Assembly: GCA_965662345.1 (NCBI GenBank) | Contig: CBFIHE010000008.1 | Coordinates: 28,587 to 92,586 of the forward strand | Origin: Salibacteraceae bacterium | GTDB taxonomy: Bacteria > Bacteroidota > Bacteroidia > Flavobacteriales_G > Salibacteraceae | Length of the DNA stretch: 64,000 nt | Direction: 5' to 3' | Part shown: positions 18,232 through 25,810 of the stretch, piece by piece | How the letters are laid out: every line of letters begins with the position of its first letter | How positions within the stretch are numbered: position 1 is the first letter of the stretch | Position numbers and translations under genes: made by a program | The notes under the pieces: generated by a model | Told to the model about the DNA's origin: nothing | Database searches by the model: none | What the model saw: the letters and a program-made list of their open reading frames with translations, nothing else

Positions 18232-19443
18232 GTGAGAACAAAAAGGCAAACCTTGAAAACAGGACTCAAAGAAAATCTCAATCAGTTTCTACTGCTGGTG
18301 TTGGTGAATGCCTTTGTTGGTGGTATGGTAGGCTTGGAGCGTAGCATTTTCCCACGCTTTGCAGAAGAGGAATTTGGTGTAGACTCCCATTCGGCTATAC
18401 TATCGTTCATCGTAGCCTTTGGTATCTCTAAAGCCGCTGCCAATTATTTTACAGGAAAGCTCGCAAACCGTTTTGGTAGAAAGAACATGTTAACCTATGG
18501 GTGGGTGGTTGCCCTCCCTGTTCCCCTGCTCTTACTTTGGGCTCAGAGCTGGAATACCGTAGTTCTCGCCAACGTACTCTTAGGAATAAGTCAGGGTTTT
18601 ACCTGGAGCAGTACAGTAGTAATGAAAATAGACTTAGTTGGTGAAAAGCAACGGGGATTAGCGATGGGGATTAACGAATTCGCTGGTTATTTGGCAGTAG
18701 GACTCGTTGCCTTTCTCACTGGAACAATTGCGCATAAGTATGGCGTTACCCCTTACCCCTTTTACTTGGGGTTGGGAATTGCCATAGTCGGCCTCCTACT
18801 CTCTTGGTTTTTTGTAAAAGACACGGTGCATCACGTGCGGGCTGAGCAAAGCACTCAAAACAAGCCAGAAATGAATAAGGTATTCGTAGAAACATCATTC
18901 AAAAACCCCACGCTGAGCGCCATTACCCAAGCTGGTTTAGTAAACAACTTGAATGACGGTATGATTTGGGGACTCCTTCCCGTTCTTCTAGCAAACCTCT
19001 TCATGGATGATGCAGAAATTGGACTCATAGCCGCCATTTACCCAACCGTTTGGGGATTGGGTCAGCTCGTTACAGGCAGAATGGGCGACCTCTATTCCAA
19101 AAAGCGTTTGTTAGTAGTAGGAATGGCCATGCAAGCCCCTGCGATTTTATTGCTTCCATTTGCAGACTCATTCTCGCTTCTTATAATGATCTCCATTGTG
19201 CTTGGGCTAGGAACAGCCTTGGTTTACCCCAACTTTTTATCTGCCATTGCAGATGCCACTTCTCCAATACAAAGAGCAGAAAGCATAGGTTCATTTCGTC
19301 TGTGGCGAGATTTAGGCTATGCCATAGGTGCCATACTTTCAGGCGTGTTGGCAGACCTTTTTGGGTTAGATGTTGCGATTATTAGCATTGGAGTGTTAAC
19401 AGCAGTTTCAGCATGTATACTACAGGTTAGAATACCAAGGTAG
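18232..19443 (+). CDS. MFS transporter
   Basis: 403 aa with ~12 TM segments and a GKLANRFGRK loop motif between TM2 and TM3. GTG start as in the track. Confidence 0.85.
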   Translation: MRTKRQTLKTGLKENLNQFLLLVLVNAFVGGMVGLERSIFPRFAEEEFGVDSHSAILSFIVAFGISKAAANYFTGKLANRFGRKNMLTYGWVVALPVPLLLLWAQSWNTVVLANVLLGISQGFTWSSTVVMKIDLVGEKQRGLAMGINEFAGYLAVGLVAFLTGTIAHKYGVTPYPFYLGLGIAIVGLLLSWFFVKDTVHHVRAEQSTQNKPEMNKVFVETSFKNPTLSAITQAGLVNNLNDGMIWGLLPVLLANLFMDDAEIGLIAAIYPTVWGLGQLVTGRMGDLYSKKRLLVVGMAMQAPAILLLPFADSFSLLIMISIVLGLGTALVYPNFLSAIADATSPIQRAESIGSFRLWRDLGYAIGAILSGVLADLFGLDVAIISIGVLTAVSACILQVRIPR

Positions 19444-19565
19444 TTAAGGAATTAGAGTTTGGAGCCGTAAGAACATCAGGTGCCACTCAACTACTAAACC
19501 ACTCAACATCTCAACCACTAAACTACATCCCCTCTTGCTCCCAACTCTTACTCTAACCCGAATTT

Positions 19566-19593
19566 CAGACCCTGAAACAAGTTCAGGGTGACG
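19566..19593. repeat. Hairpin repeat, inverted copy of the core of repeat B
   Basis: GAAACAAGTTCAGGGTGACG is the reverse complement of CGTCATGCTGAACTTGTTTC with 2 mismatches. It forms the hairpin ACCCTGAA-ACAAG-TTCAGGGT. Confidence 0.75.
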
Positions 19594-19605
19594 GTTTACT
19601 TTAAA

Positions 19606-19652
19606 CCCGCCTTATTCTCGATACAATCCGCCTGAGGCTGATACTCGAATTG
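19606..19652. repeat. Repeat A, copy 1
   Basis: CCCGCCTTATTCTCGATACAATCCGCCTGAGGC is identical to the copy at 20042. It contains a CCGCC-TGA-GGC hairpin motif. Confidence 0.85.
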
Positions 19653-19709
19653 GCGGCTACATTGGTCTAATAAAGGGAGTCTTAGTCTGAATGTTAAGAA
19701 TAAATATCT

Positions 19710-19766
19710 AGCCGTCAAATCGAGTGAACTTCTTGGAGTAAAGCGGAAAGAAATTTGTATCGAGAT
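19710..19766. repeat. Repeat C, copy 1
   Basis: AGCCGTCAAATCGAGTGAACTTCTTGGAGTAAAGCGGAAAG... is roughly three-quarters identical, by eye, to 19897-19953. Confidence 0.7.
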
Positions 19767-19796
19767 TGAGGTCCAAAATAGGATTAGAGTATTCTT

Positions 19797-19848
19797 TACT
19801 CTTGCTCCAAACTGTTTTTTCGTCATGCTGAACTTGTTTCAGCATCTC
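19797..19848. repeat. Repeat B, copy 1 (intact hairpin)
   Basis: TACTCTTGCTCCAAACTGTTTTTTCGTCATGCTGAACTTGTTTC is 44/44 identical to 20118-20161. Here it continues as AGCATCTC, completing the hairpin ATGCTGAA-CTTGT-TTCAGCAT. Confidence 0.9.
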
Positions 19849-19896
19849 AATCTAGTAAGTACAAAGACTCAAGTACCAAGTACAAAGAGAAATCAC

Positions 19897-19953
19897 AGCC
19901 GTCATGTCGAGTGGGCTTTTTGGAGTGGAACGGAGAAAAGGTTGTATCAAGAC
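19897..19953. repeat. Repeat C, copy 2
   Basis: AGCCGTCATGTCGAGTGGGCTTTTTGGAGTGGAACGGAGAAAAG... See copy 1. Confidence 0.7.
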
Positions 19954-20041
19954 ATAGGAGGGTTTACAATAAAATTTAGCAGTTAGCTCTTAGCAATTAG
20001 AACGTTCCTATTGCTCAGTACTTCAAACTCTTGCTGTTTTT

Positions 20042-20089
20042 CCCGCCTTATTCTCGATACAATCCGCCTGAGGCGAATTACTCGAATTG
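20042..20089. repeat. Repeat A, copy 2
   Basis: The first 33 nt are identical to copy 1. The hairpin here is CCGCC-TGA-GGCG. Confidence 0.85.
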
Positions 20090-20117
20090 ACAGCTGCTTC
20101 CTGCTTATCTTGCTCAA

Positions 20118-20161
20118 TACTCTTGCTCCAAACTGTTTTTTCGTCATGCTGAACTTGTTTC
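20118..20161. repeat. Repeat B, copy 2 (3' hairpin arm lost)
   Basis: 44-nt exact copy of 19797-19840 that then diverges (GGAAGCTA). Confidence 0.9.
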
Positions 20162-20229
20162 GGAAGCTAATAGACGTATTCAAAATCCACACAAATCATG
20201 TAATTTAGTCCTTAAGAAAACAATAGAAT

Positions 20230-20448
20230 ATGATCAAGAATATTGGAAGCGCAGACAAAATCTTACGAGTAATAATTGCATTGGCCCTCTCTGCGCTGTA
20301 CATTACAGGAGTAGTAGAAGGTGCATTTGGTATAGGCCTACTTGTATTTGGCGGTATTTTGATACTTACCAGCGTGGTGGGTACTTGCGGTTTGTACATC
20401 CCCTTTGGGATAAATACGTGTAAATTAAAAGACACAGAGTCTAAGTAA
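20230..20448 (+). CDS. DUF2892 (YgaP-like) small membrane protein
   Basis: 72 aa. NIGSADKILRVIIALAL...LTSVVGTCGLYIPFGINTC matches the family pattern. Confidence 0.75.
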   Translation: MIKNIGSADKILRVIIALALSALYITGVVEGAFGIGLLVFGGILILTSVVGTCGLYIPFGINTCKLKDTESK

Positions 20449-20520
20449 AAGACCAAAAAGCACCAATTGTGCTATACTTGCTTTGCCAATCTAATGAGAT
20501 GGCTGCGGGAAAAAAACACT

Positions 20521-21603
20521 ATGGAAAAAACCAAGGTATTACTAGTAGAATACGGGAGTTCACACGATGAGTGTTTATACTCTCAAATTAAAATTCTGCG
20601 TTCAATACCTGGTGTTCACCTTACTCTGCTATGTAATGAAAAGTTAAAAGGCAATGTGTCTTACTTTGGAGACATAGATTACATAAAGTATATAACCGTT
20701 GAAGAAGGCAAAAGCGCTATGCCACTGATGCTTCACATGTGGAACTACATCAGAAAGCATCGTTTTGAGAAAGTGATTTACAATACGGCTCATGGCGATA
20801 TGGTTGGCAAGCTATTCTTCTTTTTTCCAAAGATTACTGGCGTTGACTACTATGGTATAGCCCACAACACAGGTAAGTTACTTTCTAGTTTTACTCAGGG
20901 GGTAATCACAAAACATTTCAAGAGTTATTTTATCCTAAATGAATATTTAATTCACAGGCTGTATACCCTTGGTTTTCAAGAGAAAAAACTAGTTGAGTTT
21001 CATCCTGTTTTTTATCCAGATTATCCAGAAAAACCAATAGAAAAACCAGCAAATGAGATTTGGGTCACCATTCCAGGCCAGGTTGAGCTCAAGCGAAGAG
21101 ATTATGCCTCTTTGTTCAACAGCATTAGAAAGCATGGTCTAAATAGCAACATTAAATTGCTTTTATTGGGCAAATCTGCGCATGCGCATGGCGATGGTGA
21201 CTATATCCAAGAGCGCATAACAGAGTTGGGTATTGAAGGTCAGGTTCAATTGTGGAACGATTATATAGATGTAGAAACCTTCTACTCTATCATAAAGCAT
21301 AGCGACTACCTTTTACCGCTTATTCACAGCAATCACCAATCCGGTGAGCTGTATGAAGACCAAATCACGGGTACGTTCAACATTGCTGCAGGATACGGTA
21401 AAACGCTGTTAATGGAAGAAGAATATTCCGAAGAGCGATTTAAGAAATACAGCACACTGTTCTACAACAAAGAAAATCTCGCCTTGAAACTCAATGCGCT
21501 TATACCGCCTCAAAATACTGATAATCTTTATAGTACTGAGGTTTGGCAATTTGAAACCCAGAAGAATGTATATGCTAAAGCAATTGGCATACCTGTAGAA
21601 TAA
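20521..21603 (+). CDS. Putative glycosyltransferase-like protein (GT-B-like; uncertain)
   Basis: The track ORF starts at TTG 20467, and ATG 20521 (MEKTKVLLVEYG) is more plausible. The two-lobe Rossmann-like layout is suggestive, but I see no clear catalytic signature. Confidence 0.4.
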   Translation: MEKTKVLLVEYGSSHDECLYSQIKILRSIPGVHLTLLCNEKLKGNVSYFGDIDYIKYITVEEGKSAMPLMLHMWNYIRKHRFEKVIYNTAHGDMVGKLFFFFPKITGVDYYGIAHNTGKLLSSFTQGVITKHFKSYFILNEYLIHRLYTLGFQEKKLVEFHPVFYPDYPEKPIEKPANEIWVTIPGQVELKRRDYASLFNSIRKHGLNSNIKLLLLGKSAHAHGDGDYIQERITELGIEGQVQLWNDYIDVETFYSIIKHSDYLLPLIHSNHQSGELYEDQITGTFNIAAGYGKTLLMEEEYSEERFKKYSTLFYNKENLALKLNALIPPQNTDNLYSTEVWQFETQKNVYAKAIGIPVE

Positions 21604-21608
21604 ATTCC

Positions 21609-22556
21609 ATGATTCCACTTAGTAAAAAGTTGATTTACAGCCTTCTTTTCTATATGCTTCTTAGTACGAGTACAAAAGCCCAAGAAAGCATACCGAAGAC
21701 TGAATTTGGAAGTATACAAAGGCTTGAAAACTTATCGTCTACTTTCATTACATCTAGACATGTAGATGTTTGGCTTCCAGAAAACTACTCAGACACCATA
21801 GAGCACAATGTGATTTATATGCATGATGGTCAGCTGCTTTACGACACCTCTATCACTTGGAATCACAAAGCTTGGGAAGTAGATAGCATAGCACAATCCT
21901 TGCTTTCACAAGGTAAAGTTCAGCCATTTATTGTAGTTGGTATTCACAACGGTGTCAAAACCAGATATACAGATTACTTCCCTCAAAAGCCTTATGAAGC
22001 CATGTGCCGTAGAAAGCAGAAACGCGTGTTGCGAGAATTGCAATTCTACAGCAAAGTAGATTCTTCATTTTCTCCAAGATCTGATGCATATCTAAAGTTC
22101 ATTGTTCAAGAGTTAAAACCAATGATAGACAGTCTGTATGCAACAAAACCAGAAAGAGATTACACCTACCTAGCAGGCAGCAGTATGGGTGGGTTAGTTT
22201 CATGGTACGGATTATGCGAATACTCAGACATCTTCAAAGGTGCCGCCTGTTTATCTCCTCATTGGCCAGGAACTATGACTTTAAAGCGAAATCCAGTTCC
22301 AGGTGCTTTTTTGAAATACCTAAAGGCCAATTTGCCCGATACTGCCATTGAAGCAAAGATTTACTTTGATTGTGGTGACCAAACCCTTGATGCACTTTAC
22401 CCAGGTATTCAAAAACGTGTAGACAGGTTGATGCTCAATAAAGGATATACTCAAGAGCATTGGGTAACGCGTTACTTTCCAGGAGAAGCTCATGATGAGA
22501 ATGCTTGGAAAAAGCGATTTGGAGCTGCATTGCTATTTTTAATGAATCCTAATTAG
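21609..22556 (+). CDS. Secreted esterase-family alpha/beta hydrolase
   Basis: 315 aa with a signal peptide. VWLPENY and the nucleophile elbow GSSMGG are typical of putative-esterase/enterochelin-esterase-like proteins. Confidence 0.75.
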   Translation: MIPLSKKLIYSLLFYMLLSTSTKAQESIPKTEFGSIQRLENLSSTFITSRHVDVWLPENYSDTIEHNVIYMHDGQLLYDTSITWNHKAWEVDSIAQSLLSQGKVQPFIVVGIHNGVKTRYTDYFPQKPYEAMCRRKQKRVLRELQFYSKVDSSFSPRSDAYLKFIVQELKPMIDSLYATKPERDYTYLAGSSMGGLVSWYGLCEYSDIFKGAACLSPHWPGTMTLKRNPVPGAFLKYLKANLPDTAIEAKIYFDCGDQTLDALYPGIQKRVDRLMLNKGYTQEHWVTRYFPGEAHDENAWKKRFGAALLFLMNPN

Positions 22557-22592
22557 AATTTCAATAACACTTCACCCTAAGGAGCAAATGAG

Positions 22593-24284
22593 ATGCTTGT
22601 AACACTAGTCACTTGGTTCTATATCGGTTTTGTTCTCATTGCATTGGGCATTGGCTTCACTGAAATAAGTAGAAAGTGGTTACGTCTAGAACCTTTTTCT
22701 AATGACGTATCAGGGTTATTGTTGGTTTTCTCTGGCTACTCCCTGTGTTTACTCCTTTGTTCTGTAGTCTACCTGTTTGTTCAAATTGGTTTTGCTGTTC
22801 ACGTGAGTGTGCTGGCATTAAGCCTATTCCTTATTTACTTTTTTAGAACCACTACCCTGCGCTTACTTCGCTCCTTTGTTTCAACCATACGAACTATGGG
22901 AGTCTTTAAGCTTATATTGGTTGCTGTTAGCGTGCTCAGCATACTTACAGGAGTTGTCTCTCACCCAACAAATATTGACTCTGGAAACTACCACATTCAA
23001 GCCATTGCCTGGATGACCAAATACCCCGTTATTCCTGGGTTAGGCAATTTATTGGTGAATTTGGCCTACAACCAGTCTAGCTTTTTAGCAGAAGCATTTT
23101 TTAGCTTCTCTTTTCTCACCACTGAACCATTACGCGTAGTAAATGGATTTCTTGTGCTAACCGTACTTATTCATGCAATTTCAAATCTTGATTTAAAAGG
23201 CGAGCAACAGATTTCAGACAACCTACTTTACACGGTTGTTGTTTTCTTTATTCTTCTACACTTTAGGAATTGGCTCTCATCCCCCGTACCCGATTTAGTA
23301 ATTGCCCTTTTTTCTTATATCATTCTACAAGAAGCAATCTTACGTATCAGACATCAACAATACCAATTGTTCAACCTCCCCGTAGTGCTCCTAGTATTCA
23401 TGGCATTTACGGCAATTTCCATAAAGATTTCAGCAGCTATACTTCCTGTAATCGTCCTGTTTTTAGCGATTTTCACCCCAGGCTTTTTCACGTTAAGACG
23501 AACACTCTTTTTTACTGTTTTAGGAGCTGCCATACTCTTACCTTGGTTTGCCAGGAGTGTTATACAGTCTGGTTATTTGGTTTTCCCATTGGCAGAGTTA
23601 GATCTTTTTGAGGTAGATTGGAAAGTGCCAAAAGCCATGGTGAAGGCTACTGCGCTACAGATTAAAGCCTTTTCCATTATGCCCTTTATGCCGTTAGAAG
23701 AAGTGAAGGCACTCACTATGCTAGATCGTGTGGCTATTTGGACCCAACGAAGTTCAGTAGATCGTATTCTAATCTTTCTCTTGGTCATTTGTATGCAGTT
23801 AGTATACCTGTTCTCTTTGTATCGCAAAGCAAAGCCGAATACAGAAAAAAAGCAGCTGCAACTCCTTAGCCTTACAATCTTTGCTGGAATCATTTTTTGG
23901 TTTATTACCGCTCCAGATTTCCGCTTTGTGAGTCCGCTGTTGTATATCTCGGTGGTTATCATTCTTTATGTTTATGTGCCTAAATCTCTTTTACAACATA
24001 AATACACCACACTTGTATTGGCTATCTTCTTAAGCTTAGGGTTGTTGCGAAAAATGGACCTTAACACCTTCACTACGAATACGGTATACCCTATACCTTA
24101 TATAGCTTCACCCGTAACGCTTGTGCAAGGCGATGGATTTACAGTTGCTGTACCCGACTCAGGCACCTATTGCTGGAATCATCCGGTTCCTTGTATTCCG
24201 TTCGGAAATATCAAGCATTTGGAATTTAGAGGGGAAAACTTGAGTGAAGGTTTTAGATTTAAACGGAATCCCTTGAAGCGGTGA
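22593..24284 (+). CDS. Polytopic membrane protein, possibly a GT-C / O-antigen-polymerase-like glycan enzyme
   Basis: 563 aa with more than 10 TM segments. The C-terminal soluble tail carries the Cys motif CWNHPVPCIPF. The family is not securely recognised. Confidence 0.5.
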   Translation: MLVTLVTWFYIGFVLIALGIGFTEISRKWLRLEPFSNDVSGLLLVFSGYSLCLLLCSVVYLFVQIGFAVHVSVLALSLFLIYFFRTTTLRLLRSFVSTIRTMGVFKLILVAVSVLSILTGVVSHPTNIDSGNYHIQAIAWMTKYPVIPGLGNLLVNLAYNQSSFLAEAFFSFSFLTTEPLRVVNGFLVLTVLIHAISNLDLKGEQQISDNLLYTVVVFFILLHFRNWLSSPVPDLVIALFSYIILQEAILRIRHQQYQLFNLPVVLLVFMAFTAISIKISAAILPVIVLFLAIFTPGFFTLRRTLFFTVLGAAILLPWFARSVIQSGYLVFPLAELDLFEVDWKVPKAMVKATALQIKAFSIMPFMPLEEVKALTMLDRVAIWTQRSSVDRILIFLLVICMQLVYLFSLYRKAKPNTEKKQLQLLSLTIFAGIIFWFITAPDFRFVSPLLYISVVIILYVYVPKSLLQHKYTTLVLAIFLSLGLLRKMDLNTFTTNTVYPIPYIASPVTLVQGDGFTVAVPDSGTYCWNHPVPCIPFGNIKHLEFRGENLSEGFRFKRNPLKR

Positions 24285-24308
24285 GTCGTTTTTACAGTCG
24301 ATACAAAA

Positions 24309-24332
24309 CCAGTCTCATATGAGTCTGGCTTC
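24309..24332. terminator. Bidirectional hairpin terminator
   Basis: CCAGTCTCAT/ATGAGTCTGG is a near-palindrome with one mismatch. It is followed by a T-rich stretch on both strands and lies 25 nt after the stop at 24284. Confidence 0.5.
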
Positions 24333-24340
24333 ATCTTTTA

Positions 24341-24400
24341 ACCAAGAAGGGATTTGAACCCGTGTCCGCCTCAGGCGGATATGAAACCTACTAAGCTCTG
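24341..24400 (-). other. tRNA-like fragment (T-arm remnant) fused to a CCGCC-loop-GGCGG hairpin
   Basis: GGGATTTGAACCCGTG (24349-24364) is identical to the T-arm region of the neighbouring tRNA (24466-24481). No acceptor, D or anticodon arms can be folded. Confidence 0.45.
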
Positions 24401-24411
24401 TTCATTATCGT

Positions 24412-24450
24412 TGTGAAAACAAAAAGCTCCAACATTTCTGCTGGAGCTTT
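24412..24450 (-). terminator. Rho-independent terminator downstream of tRNA-Met
   Basis: The minus strand reads AAAGCTCCA-GCAGAAATGT-TGGAGCTTT followed by TTGTTTTC. Confidence 0.6.
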
Positions 24451-24455
24451 ATCTT

Positions 24456-24529
24456 GTAGCGAAGACGGGATTTGAACCCGTGACCTCAGGGTTATGAATC
24501 CTGCGCTCTAACCAACTGAGCTACCTCGC
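24456..24529 (-). tRNA. tRNA with CAT anticodon (Met; fMet or Ile2 not excluded)
   Basis: The reverse complement is GGCGAGGTAGCTCAGTTGGTTAGAGCGCAGGATTCATAACCCTGAGGTCACGGGTTCAAATCCCGTCTTCGCTA. It folds as a cloverleaf with anticodon loop TTCATAA. CCA is not encoded. Confidence 0.88.
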
Positions 24530-24632
24530 CATGTCCGTTTTAAACGGGGCGCAAATGTAAGTGCATTCCATTGAATTTTCAAAGCGAATTTTCATACTTC
24601 TTTTAAGCCACCTGTCGTATTACCTTAGCTGC

Positions 24633-25286
24633 ATGAATAATACCATTCATCAACAACGCGGATTTTTAATTCTTTACCTCTTGTTCCTTGTTGGCTCCAC
24701 CAGCATCATCCTCTTCTACCATAAGGTTGAAATCCATTCTTTTATGAACTCATGGAATCAACCCAGTTTGGATAGCGCTATGGTACTTACAACCCAGTTA
24801 GCAGAGGGTATCGCTATAGCTGTAGTAATCATCCTTGGCCTTAGCTACCGTATTCAATCAGGGCTGTTTATTCTTTTCTCAACCTCACTGGCATCATTGA
24901 TTACTCAATTACTCAAGCGTCAAGTATTTCCGCACCTAGATCGGCCAGGAAAAGTCTTTGAAGGAGTATCTGAGTATTCCCTAAGGGTTGTTGAAGGTTA
25001 TGAATTGCATGATCGGTTTAGCTTTCCCTCTGGGCATACAACAGCTGCATTTGCACTTTGGCTGTCTGCCAGTATTGTTGTGAATAAACCCAAAATCTCT
25101 GTAGGCTTCGCCATCATTGCCATTGGAATAGGTTATTCTAGAATTTACCTTTCTCAACATTTCTTACAAGACGTAGTGGTAGGAAGCTTAATAGGAACTG
25201 TAGTCACTTTATTTCTAGCCAAAATATTCTACGAAAAGGCTTTTAAAACCCATTGGATGAATTTTGGTTGGGGTAAAAACACTTAG
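24633..25286 (+). CDS. PAP2-family phosphatase (membrane)
   Basis: SFPSGHTTAAFAL and SRIYLSQHFLQDVVVGSLIG are PAP2 motifs. The track start GTG 24561 abuts the tRNA, so ATG 24633 is preferred. Confidence 0.8.
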   Translation: MNNTIHQQRGFLILYLLFLVGSTSIILFYHKVEIHSFMNSWNQPSLDSAMVLTTQLAEGIAIAVVIILGLSYRIQSGLFILFSTSLASLITQLLKRQVFPHLDRPGKVFEGVSEYSLRVVEGYELHDRFSFPSGHTTAAFALWLSASIVVNKPKISVGFAIIAIGIGYSRIYLSQHFLQDVVVGSLIGTVVTLFLAKIFYEKAFKTHWMNFGWGKNT

Positions 25287-25354
25287 TCGTTTGCATTTTT
25301 AAGAGAATACACTAAATTGTGCCGTTCTGAAATATAGCAAAACGAATACGCACA

Positions 25355-25744
25355 ATGTCAGCAAAAGAAAAGTACCAATTAGAATATACAATTAACTCAT
25401 CTGCCAACGTACTGTACAATTATATCAGCTCTCCAAGCGCCATGCAAGAGTGGTTTGCCGATATGGTTAATGAAAAAAACGGGTACTACATTTTCGAATG
25501 GGATGGTAGCGAAGAACGCGCCAAATTACTCACCAAGCGTCCGAAAGAATTCATCAAATGGCAATGGGAAGTAGATGAAGAAGAAGGTATTGATTCTTTT
25601 TTTGAGCTTCGTGTAAAAATTGATTCGCTTACCAATGATGTAGCACTTATTGTTACAGATTTTGCTGAGCCTGATGAGAAAGAAGAAGCTGTTTTGCTTT
25701 GGAATAGCCAAATAGACGAGCTCAAACACGTAATTGGTTCTTAA
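25355..25744 (+). CDS. START/SRPBCC-like small protein
   Basis: 129 aa. The N-terminal block YQLEYTINSSANVLYNYISSPSAMQEWFAD resembles AHSA1/START-like proteins common in Bacteroidota. Confidence 0.5.
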   Translation: MSAKEKYQLEYTINSSANVLYNYISSPSAMQEWFADMVNEKNGYYIFEWDGSEERAKLLTKRPKEFIKWQWEVDEEEGIDSFFELRVKIDSLTNDVALIVTDFAEPDEKEEAVLLWNSQIDELKHVIGS

Positions 25745-25810
25745 TATACTCTTGAAGAAAAGCAACAAGACGGGCTACACTTCGTTACTTTTGACGGAAA
25801 CAAAAGCACG

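Noticed and set aside
19531-20161. Possible CRISPR array
   Set aside because: The repeats belong to at least three different families, are irregularly spaced and differ in orientation. No cas genes are in the window.
19596-20192. Two minus-strand ORFs (76 aa and 69 aa) in the repeat-rich gap
   Set aside because: Both are assembled from repeats A, B and C. The shared MTKKQFGARV is simply repeat B translated, so they are not credible genes.
23270-23611. 113-aa same-strand alternative-frame ORF inside the 563-aa membrane protein; also 19050..19385 inside the MFS gene and 59306..59557 inside cdaA
   Set aside because: These are alternative frames within well-supported genes, with Arg/Ser/Cys-rich unnatural composition.
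24341-24400. A second functional tRNA gene
   Set aside because: Only a T-arm-like segment is present, and it has a mismatch. No acceptor stem, D arm or 7-nt anticodon loop can be formed.
24285-24560. Integrated mobile element or genomic island at tRNA-Met, and likewise at tRNA-Arg (38852-38925)
   Set aside because: No integrase, transposase, phage or conjugation genes occur anywhere in the window. The tRNA-like fragment is only ~100 nt from the intact tRNA, with nothing inserted between them.
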